Below the pieces are notes generated by a model that was not told the DNA's origin, made no database searches, and was given only the letters and a program-made list of their open reading frames with translations. This document shows, one piece after another, positions 54,090 to 64,000 of a stretch of 64,000 nt of DNA. This stretch comes from the human T2T-CHM13v2.0 reference genome, Homo sapiens. The stretch's first letter is position 1. Each line of letters opens with the position of its first letter. The stretch lies in assembly GCF_009914755.1 (NCBI RefSeq), contig NC_060937.1. The stretch is one strand, 5' to 3'. Position numbers and translations under genes: made by a program.

Positions 54090-56160
54090 TGTCTTTGCAA
54101 AACAAAAAATAATCCAGCAATATAAATATTATGAATATACCATGCATACAATTAAACACACCAAAATATATTAAGATTATCAAGCAAAAGATTCAGTAAG
54201 TCTGAATTTTTAAACATCTGTATATTAATCAAACCTAAGTAGTGTGAGGGATTCTCATATCCCCACATTAATACCCAATCAAAAACCTTTAAAATATACT
54301 GAATCTAATTTAAAACAGAACATCATGACCAAATTAATATATTAAAAAGCAATTAACAATATGGTACAACACTGTTGTTCTCTAACAAAAGCAGCACCAG
54401 GACTCTGATAAATAGAAACATATCATAGACAGCAAGTGCAGAGACAAATCTCTAAAATTTTATATGATTTCTGCAATATTTATATTAATAATATTTTACC
54501 CATATAAATTTAACACAGGAAGGGGTTAGCACCTGTTCTCATTTGACAACAATTCTCCTGCAAATCATATCAAGTAAACCTAATTATTTATAGCTTTTTA
54601 TATGGTAAAAAAAAAAAAAACAAATCCTGTGAAATATTTCCAGGAACCCCTGGGAAATATTAAAGATGGCTTTATGTGCAAGGGATATCATTTAGGGTTT
54701 GATTTGGAAAAGGCAAAATATCAGAAGTTGTCAGGAGGTTTCAACATTTGATTAAATAGAATCATGAGTTAATGAGAAACAATACTTGACTACCTATTTA
54801 AACAAGTGCCAGATTTTAAAAGAAAATATAGGAGTTAATATGATCTTAAAGAATCTTAGCTGTTTTAAAAGTGAGATTGTTAACTTAAATAATCAATGAC
54901 ATGAAAAAAGTCAACATAAAGCACGGGACTTCTTTCTGATAAGACACAGAATCTCTGCTTCTTAAGCAGATTATTCAGAGGTATAGAAAATAATGTCCTA
55001 CTGAGGGCAGCCCAATAATCCATGGATATTTGAGATTTTAACAAAAAAAATTGAATTTTACTTTTTCATCAACTCAACTTTCAAACAAAAGAGCAAAAGA
55101 TATTTTTATTGACAAAAAAATTATACATTAACTTTGGCTAGCTTTAAGCATGGCAAATAAAATCAAACTTCTATGAATTCTCTATGACTTTCTAAATTGA
55201 TTCAGGTTTCATTCTAAATATTCTGCTTTCTCATTCTGAAACAACCAGTCATTTTACTTTCAGACAAAACTACTGTTTTTCTGTAATGAAAGCAATGCTG
55301 CTTAACTTACACAAAGAACTTTTTTTTCTCTGCCACTATTGCTCCTAGAAGTGTCTCATTCACAGATATTATGATTTCTACTCATAGTAACCTCAGCTTC
55401 AGAGAGAGAACTCAAATGTGGATAATTTCAACTGTTTATCATACAGCAGAATTTTGCACCTACTAGCAAAGTTTATGAACATACATATCAAAACTTTTTA
55501 TAGATATATACTTTGTCAGACTACAACTTCTCAGTGTGAAAAAGGATCCCATTTATTAACAGATGCAAATATATATGTGCCTTCTCAGTACCTCATAAAA
55601 GGAAGCAGCAGAAACCACATAAACTTAAAATTATGCTTAGCAATTAATGCTTCACTATTCTCTCTTACTTAGAAATTATGTACATACTCAGTGAGTATTC
55701 ATTTACTAATGTAATTTAGTTTAAGATGTTAATTTATATAAAGAACTTGGAAAATATCTTCAATCTGACATACTACCAAATATAGTGACTGTTGAAATAA
55801 AGTTTGTCAATTTAGTTAAACATAAATTCACATTTTTCATATCACACATTTAACAGATGTAATATAGCTCCTTAGGACAGCAAACCTGTATGAAGTTAAG
55901 AAGAACCTATACAAACAGAATAACATATGCTTGTATTATAGTTAACACTGACAACTAAGGGGATGTAGCTGTTTTTATTAAACCAACACTTTAAACCAAT
56001 ATTTGTTTTCCAAAAATATTTCTAAATTATGAGAATGTGAATTCTTAAGACATTTGGGTTTCAAATTGACTGCTGAACTTCTCTAGTGAACTTTTAATTT
56101 CATTTGTAATTTTTAAATCCAAAATTTCCATTTTGCTTTTATTATTGAGTTTCTGTATTT
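54090..56160 (-). mobile_element. Degenerate ERV1 (MER4-group) internal sequence, part 2
   Basis: AATATTTATATTAATAATATTTTACCCATATAAATTTAAC and CATTCTGAAACAACCAGTCATTTTACTTT resemble MER4-group internal consensus; probably continues 44690-46140. Confidence 0.5.
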
Positions 56161-56169
56161 GAGAAGATA

Positions 56170-57625
56170 TGTCATCAACTAGGAATAAATTCAGTCCCTG
56201 AACAGACCAATAACAAGTTCTAAAATTGAATCAGTTTTAAAAAGCCTACCAACCAGAAAAAGCCCAGGACCAGATGGATTCACAGCCAAATTATATCAGA
56301 TGTATGAAGATGGTACCACTCCTACTGAAGCTATTCCAGAAACTGAGAAAGAAGGACTCCTCCCTCGCTTATTCTATGAGATCAGCATTATCCTGATACC
56401 AAAACCTGGCAGAGAGACAACAAGAAAAGAAAACAAATCCAGTAGTACATCAAAAAGCTAATCCAACACGATCGAGTAGGTTTTATCTCTGGGATGCAAG
56501 GTTGGATTAACATGGAGAAATCAATAAATATGATTTACCACATAAACAGAACCACAAAGCACATAATCATCTCAATAAACAATGATTTTTTATAAAATTC
56601 AACACCTTCATGATTAAACACTCTCAGCAAATTAGGCATTAAAGGAACGTACTTCAAAAAATAAGAGCCATCTATTAAAAACCCACAGCCAACATCACCG
56701 TTAATGGGCAAAAAAACTGGAAGCATTCCCCCAGAAGACCAGAACAAGACAAGTATGCCTTCTCTCACCACTCTTATTCAACACAGTACTGGAAGTCCTA
56801 GCTAGAGCAATCAGGCAAGAGACAGAAAAAAAATAAATAAATAGGAAGAGAGGAAGTCAAACTATCCTTGTTTGCAGACAATATGATTCTACACGTAGAA
56901 AACCCGATAGTCTCTACCCAAAAGCTCCTTGATCTGATAAACAACTTCAGCAAAGCCTCAGGATACAAAATCAATGTACAAAAATGAATAGCATTCTTAT
57001 ATGTCAACATCCAAACTGAGAGCAGAATCAAAAATTCAATTCCATTCACAAATAGCCACAAAAGAAAAAATTACCTAGGAATACAGCTAACCAAGGAGGT
57101 GAAAGACCTAGACAATGAAAATTACAAAACACTGCTTGAAGAAATCAGAAACAAATGTTTGTGTCAACAAACAAATGGAAAAACATTTCATGCTCATGGA
57201 TAGGAAGAATCAATATTGTTAAAATGGCCACACTGTCCAAAGCAATTTTCAAATTCAATACTATTCCTATCAAACTACCAATTACATTTTTCACGGAATT
57301 AAAAAAATTAAACTATTACAAAATTCATATGGAGCCAAAAAAGAACCCGAATAGGTAAGGCAATTCTAAACAAAAAGAACAAAGCTGGAAGCATCACATT
57401 ACCTGACTTCAAACTATACTACAAGGCTACAGTAACCAAAATAGCATGATAGCATGATATGTTATCATGTTACAAAAACAGATACATAAACCAATAGAAC
57501 AGAATAGAGAGCCCAGAAATGATGCTGCACTCTGATCTTCAATAGAGTTGACAAAAACAAGCAATGAGGAAAGGACTCCTTATTCAATAAATGGTGCTGG
57601 CATAACTTTATAGCCATATGCAGAA
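56170..57625 (+). mobile_element. Old L1PA (L1PA13-16-like) ORF2 fragment without a 3' end
   Basis: AAAAGCCCAGGACCAGATGGATTCACAGCC; ORF relic [21 protein letters not shown]. Confidence 0.88.
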
Positions 57626-57699
57626 TAAATTGCTACACCATCTGATATAACTAAACTCTAACTCCTTTGCAGATACAGTTTTTTAGGAAAGTTTTTGAG

Positions 57700-58340
57700 T
57701 TTATTTTCTGAACCAGGATAACTCATCTTTTTGTAGTCATACCCGGCTTTACGAGCAGGGTGCTGGAAGGGAATTAAAGCTTCTGATTTTCTCAGATTGT
57801 GACTCCTGGCATGAAACCTGTACCCCAAGGCAAGCTGGGTAGTGATGTCCTGAGCCTGGCATACCTAGAGTTGAGCATCTACTTTATTAGTGTTAGCTGG
57901 GTAGAGGAAGGAAGCCTCCAATCTTTAAACAGCAATTGCTAAGAATTTACTCCCTGCAATTTGGAGCTGGTGCAATGATAAACGCTGGCAGCTGCATTCC
58001 TGGTGAAATACCATATCCCTTGATTGGGACCTGAGAGGAAGCCCTCTTTATTTGGCTGTACTTACTCAGTTTGGATAGTCATTGTGCTGACGTGGGAAGG
58101 AGGAGGAAGAAAGGAAGGAGTGGGTCCTGGTTCAGTTTCCAGAGTCTCACTGTTCTTGCAGAAATTTAATTTATTTTCTTGAATAATTGTTTCTTCATGT
58201 GTCGTAAAACTGTAGGACAATTTCAGAGATTTATATGGTGGATTTTTCACAATGTTCCCCATTTTTTTTCCTTCTGGAGAGAAGATCTGTAGAGTAGGTT
58301 TATAATGTTCCATGCATCGTTATTCTAAAATTGGAAGTCT
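57700..58340 (-). mobile_element. Old L1M 5'-end fragment
   Basis: AGAGTCTCACTGTTCTT...ATTTTCTTGAATAA...GGAAGTC pattern of old L1M 5' ends. Confidence 0.45.
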
Positions 58341-58564
58341 AAAAGAAAGTTTCTTATGTTTTCCTCAGTGATAATTAAGGTGGGGTATTTTTTCTTTTAG
58401 GAATTATTTTAATTTATTTGCAAATAGAAGTTCCTTTTCAGGCCATGCAAGTACACATCACTCACTTGTATCCAAATATACAGATCTGAATTGGGCCACT
58501 CGTGTCAACATGTCTCCCTCATGCAATATGTCTTATGATATTACCCTATTGCTCTTCACTTTCC

Positions 58565-59140
58565 AGTCTGGCAAATTTGTATTATTTCAACTTAGCTAAA
58601 CTAGCACTGTTTCTTATAATTCCTTTCCTAGCACAGTTCTCAGTTATCCTAAACCACGTGAGACATTTCTAAGAGATTTGAAAGGTAAAAGTAAATCAAT
58701 GACCATGTTATTTTTATACCCAGATGACTAAGAAAAGTGCAGCAAACACTGTTGTAGTTAACTCATGTGTTATTTTATCTGCTGAATCACTTTGTTGATG
58801 AGAGGCACCAGCAGAGTTTTCAGCTCCTCCAACTTGCTAGAGCCTTCTTTAGCCTCTGTGACTGCTGAATCAGGTGCATGCGTAGCTCTGTGAGGAAAGG
58901 TACAAGTTTCTTTTCAGGACACCACCATCATTGAGGTTGGAAGCTTGAGGATGGTGAGATACTAATATGGGTTCCATTCTGTCAATTACAAGATAGATTG
59001 ATCTTGTAAGTTCTAGTTTTCCCTTCCATTCTCTACTTCACATTCATCTTCTCTTCCTGACGGCCACTGAGTTCAGGATCTAGCACCATAAATGCAAAGA
59101 CAACAGTCTTACATACTTTATATAGACTGTACCCTACTGA
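58565..59140 (+). mobile_element. Old ERVL LTR (LTR41-like)
   Basis: AACTTAGCTAAACT...AATTCCTTTCC...GAGATTTGAAAGG; diverged; strand uncertain. Confidence 0.4.
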
Positions 59141-59912
59141 TACACACTCAGAAGCTTAAAGGGCAAAATCGTAGATGGATTGGACACATTTTATTACAAG
59201 AAAACTATGTATATCATTAATGTTAGATTTTCCTTCTTCACCTTCTCACTATATAGGGATTGGTAGTTAACATATAGTGATCACATTACTCCTAACATTT
59301 TGACTAGATTAGTTACCATTTGCAAATTAAAGTGAAGAACTTAATGTAATTCTGTGCTGTTGGATACAGTCCACTTACAGAAAACTATTATTTTTCTGTA
59401 ATAGGTTCTTGCATGTGGTTTTATGTTTATCGTGGTAAACAGAGATAAACTACTTTCACAACCGAAGTATATGCATCTTGGAACAAGGAACTTATCTCTG
59501 TGACAGAGTTGCAATGCTTCAGGGTAATGTGTATGAACTCATAGTTTGTTCCTTTCTATTTTTTTGATTTTGCAGCAACGGTATCAGGTCAAAGAATATT
59601 CTGAGCATTCTAAGAATTTGATGACAATAGTTGTCTACATTTTTATTCTTATATGGTTACCATTTAAAGACATAAAATTTTGTGTCTCTGCCTGTCTCTG
59701 TCTCATGGGCACAGACTTTAAAGATAAACCATGTTAGGTTCTTGATGGAGCTCCCAAAGACTTACCCATTGGCTGATCAATGTTTCTCGTTCATCATTTT
59801 CTTATGTGCTAAAAATATGCCTTTTGAAACCTTTGATTAGGAAATAGCCACAATTTTTTAAAGATATTAGCACTTTTAATATGAGGCTAAATTAGTTTAT
59901 TTTAGAGCATAA

Positions 59913-60245
<333 letters not shown>

Positions 60246-60664
60246 TGAATCTTCTTTTTATACTTAAGAAACTTTTCACATTAATTAATTCAAACACTAT
60301 TGTGCTATTTTCTAATTAATTTGTCAAAAAAACATATTTTGATATACTGAAAAGTCATAGTTGGCTTCTGTTGATGACCTATGTTTCTAACTACGGTAAA
60401 TTTCTATCCAGAAGGTGACCTTTGATCAAGATTTCTACACACCTTTTTATTCTTCCTTTTCATTGACCAACTCCTCTGTTTTCTGTTTAAGGCTTATGCT
60501 ACATGTAAGCAAGATCTTGTTGTATATGTAACACCGCACAAACCCATCAACTGGCTGGTGACATATATAAAATTATAAGACAACTATATGGGTTCCTAAT
60601 ATCCACTTGTAAAAGCATCATCTCTAATTAAAAGAACTAGAGCTATTGCATTTGCATCTTTAAA

Positions 60665-62075
60665 ATTTTATTTATTTGTTTATTTTTTCTTTTTCTATTT
60701 TCACTTGAGTTTCAGGGGATAGACATGCAGGTTTGTTACATGAGTAAAGTATGTGTCGCTGGGGTTTGGTGTACAAATGATTTTATTACCCAGGTAGTGA
60801 GCATTGTATCCAATAGGTAGATTTTCAGCCTTCAACCTCCTCCCACCCTCCACCCTCAAGTAGGCCCCAGAGTCTAATATTCCCTTCTTTGTGTCTATGT
60901 GAACTCAATGTTTAGCTCCCACTTATAAGTGAGAACATGCAGTATTGCGTTTTCTCTTTCTTCATTAATTCACTTAAGACAATGGCCTTCAGCTCTATCA
61001 ATGTTGCTATAAAGAACATGATTTTGTTCTTTTACATGGCTGCATATTATTCTCTTTTTATTATTATACTTTAAGTTTTAGGGTACATGTGCACAACGTG
61101 CAGGTTTGTTACATATGTATACATGTGCCATGTTGGTGTGCTGCACCCATTAACTCGTCATTTACATTAGGTGTATCTCCTAATGCTATCCCTCCCCACT
61201 CCCCCCACCCCACAACAGGCCCCAGTGTGTGATGTTTCCCTTCCTGTGTCCAAGTGTTCTCATTGTTCAATTCCCACCTATGAGTGAGAACATGCGGCTG
61301 CATAGTATTCTATGTTGTGTATGTCCCATATTTTCTTTATCCAGTCCACCATTGACGGATATCTATGTTGATTCTATGTCTTTGCTATTGTGAATAGTGC
61401 TGCAATGAACATGCGCATGTATGTATCTTTGTAATAGAATGATTTGTATTCCTTTTTGTATATACCCAGTTACATCACCAAAGGTATATTGGGATTTGGG
61501 GTCGAATGGTAGTTCTGTTTTACCCTGAGCATTTTTTCATGTGCTTGTTGGCCATGTGTGTGTCTTCTTTTAAGAAGCATCTGTTCATGTCCTTTGCCCA
61601 TTTTTAATGTGGATGTTTGTGTTTTTTTTTTTGTCGAATTGTTTAAATTCATTATACATTCTAGATATCAGACCTTTGTTGGAAGCATAGTTCACCAAGG
61701 CCTATGTCCAGAATGGTCTGTCCTATGTTTTCTTCTAGGGATTTTATAGTTTTAAGTCTTATATTTAAGTCTTTGAGTAAATTTTTGTGTACAGTAAAAT
61801 AAAGGGATCCAGTTTCAATATTCTGCATATGGCTATACAGTTATCCCAGCACCATTTATTGAATAGGAAGTCCTTTCCCCATTGCTCATTATTGTCAACT
61901 TTTCCAATGACCAGATGGCTTTGTAAATGCGTGGCTTTATTTCTGGTCCTCTAACATATGAATTGGTCTTTGAGTCTGTTTTTGTACCAGTACTATGCAG
62001 TTTTGGTTATTGTAGCCTTGTAGTGTAGTTTGAAGTCAGGTAGTGTGATGCCTTTAGCTTTGTTCTTTTCGAAAT
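60665..62075 (-). mobile_element. L1PA15/16-like 3' region with internal deletions
   Basis: GGGGTTTGGTGTACAAATGATT...CCCAGGTAGTGAGCAT; ORF2 antisense TAGTTTGAAGTCAGGTAGTGTGATGCC. Confidence 0.88.
61054..61295 (-). mobile_element. Young L1PA (L1PA4/5-like) 3' ~240 bp nested in the older L1PA
   Basis: Near-consensus L1PA 3'UTR; 16-bp TSD GGCTGCATATTATTCT (61038) / GGCTGCATAGTATTCT (61296). Confidence 0.93.
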
Positions 62076-64000
62076 TTTGCTTAGAAATTTTAGGATCATA
62101 TAAGTATTCCTAGATGTTTCCTTTTTCTGTTTGCATATATCAGTTATTAAAGATTTTATTAAACAGTATATGATGTATGAAAGTCGTATTGTTAACAAAT
62201 GTATATGAAATCATATTAAAATAAGAGCTCTAGGATGTTCTTGTTAGGCCAGCAGACAAAGTCATCTGCCAAGATAATGAATCATCAGCTACTCTGATGT
62301 TTAAGAACTGTGCCTCTGGAAGTTAACACCACCCCTACTACACAAATCATGCAATGAGAAAAGTGAACTAGACATTTCAAGTTGTAGGATTTTTATTTAG
62401 CATATTACTGAAATGTAATGGACTAAAGAACTAAAGAAAAAGATGGGCAAAGAAATTGAGTTGTGAAAATAAATGTAGTATATAAACATATGCAGTTGTC
62501 TTTCATAGAATGATGTAAATGGAACATTGAATTACTGTCAGCAAATTAGTGTCTGAGAAAACATTTGGAGAGTCACAAATCTGGGGAAGAATGGAGACCA
62601 TTATTCAGATAATTAGTGAAAAGCAAATTGCTTCTCTTAAAAACAAGAATTTATAAACAATCTGTCCACATTGATTAAAGTCACTGAATAAATGTTCATC
62701 TGTCATTTCACGTTCCCTGTATATATAGAACCTAAGAATAGGTCATGTCATTGTGATGAAAATAACTGAATTTGACATATGACAGGAAATGAGGTCACCC
62801 TACAGTAAATTGTCTCTTCCAGAGCAATTATCTATTCATGGCATAAATCCTATACAATTCTAGTTTTCCTTTACGTACCTCTTTGTTTCTTCTATGTCTT
62901 GTTAACAAGTGTTTTATTTGCTCGTATCAAAATCCCCTTCTGTTCAATCTCAGTAGATGCTTTCATTGAAAACTGATGGATATTCTCCAGTGAATGCTGA
63001 AGAATGCCAGATAAACACTATTTTCTTAGACAGAATCAATTTTCAAACAATAAACTTTCAGGAAAAGTAGAGTTTATTGCAGTAAGTATATGCATACTTG
63101 ATAATTACTTTAAAATTTTACTTTAAAATTTCTTTTCATTAGCCACATGAAGAAACCTCTGGAGAGGGGAATGAGTTTCACATTTTCATTTCACTTCAGA
63201 TTTAGGCTGGCCTCATCCTCTAGCCCAATGATAAACACACACCTTCACAAGTAGGGCAAGCGAATACATCCATTATTATTCTAGTAGGGACACTATGCTT
63301 CATTATAGGCCAAATTTTAATTTTTTATGTAATTATTTTTAATTGCAATAATTATTCATTTATCAAAAGTATATCTTCTTATGCTCTAATCTATCTGAAA
63401 TGTAACTATTACCTTATTTTGATAATGGGCACCATAAAAATATGTAATACTAATATTTCAGATGGACTAATACACAATGCAGGACCTCTGGAGAGGGGAT
63501 GTTTTATGGACCACCTAACATCAGCTTGGGGGAAAATCATAATTTTAATGATTTATCAGGGTTACGTAAACTGTACAACTGTTGTTGGAATGCAAAGGAT
63601 ACAAGGATAATAATAATACAAGGATTGACACAAGGATAATATGAAAGGCAAATAGAAAATAATATCAGAGTATTTCAACTAATACATAATTGTAAGTATG
63701 TAAGCTGTCCCCTCTGCTGGCCTTCTAAAAATAATTTTATCTCAAAGCACAGAAAATTAGTAATAAGTTGTAGCCACTAAAAATATTGTTATATCCTATT
63801 TAAACTCCTAGCATTTAAAAAATATTCACAAATACGTAAACATTTAAGTGTTGTTTTCAGATATTGTCAATATTCCACCGATGATTACTCTGATGCCTTT
63901 CTCATTTTCATGCACATGGACTTCTGGTGTGCTTTCACTTCCAACAGCCGGAACTTGCATCTCCTTACCAGACCCTTGCCCTAGCCTTCCATATCGCATT

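Noticed and set aside
63900-64000. Possible start of an old LTR at the window edge
   Set aside because: Too short and diverged to assign.

Overview
AT-rich primate (probably human or ape) non-coding DNA, either intergenic or deep intronic. I find no credible protein-coding exon, RNA gene or CRISPR array: the ORFs in the track fall in Alu, L1, LTR, low-complexity or anonymous AT-rich sequence. Much of the window is layered transposable elements: eight Alus, L1s from the old L1M/L1MA/MB/MC classes to young L1PA fragments, L2/MIR relics, a MER58 DNA transposon, MaLR/ERVL/ERV1 LTRs, a solo LTR12 (ERV9) carrying a CpG island and an expanded G-rich tract, and a MER9 (HERV-K HML-3) remnant. There is also a ~750 bp polypurine (GGAA-rich) tract. 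I see no new gene system. The most unusual features are structural. First, the MER9 element is not a true solo LTR: it is 5'LTR + primer-binding site + the last 8 nt of the 3'LTR between intact 6-bp TSDs. Second, the same LTR carries a 58-bp inverted copy of the neighbouring MSTA LTR. Third, several other short segments have been copied locally over 0.03-1.7 kb. Family and subfamily calls come from my recollection of Repbase/Dfam consensus sequences, not from a search, and boundaries of old elements are approximate.
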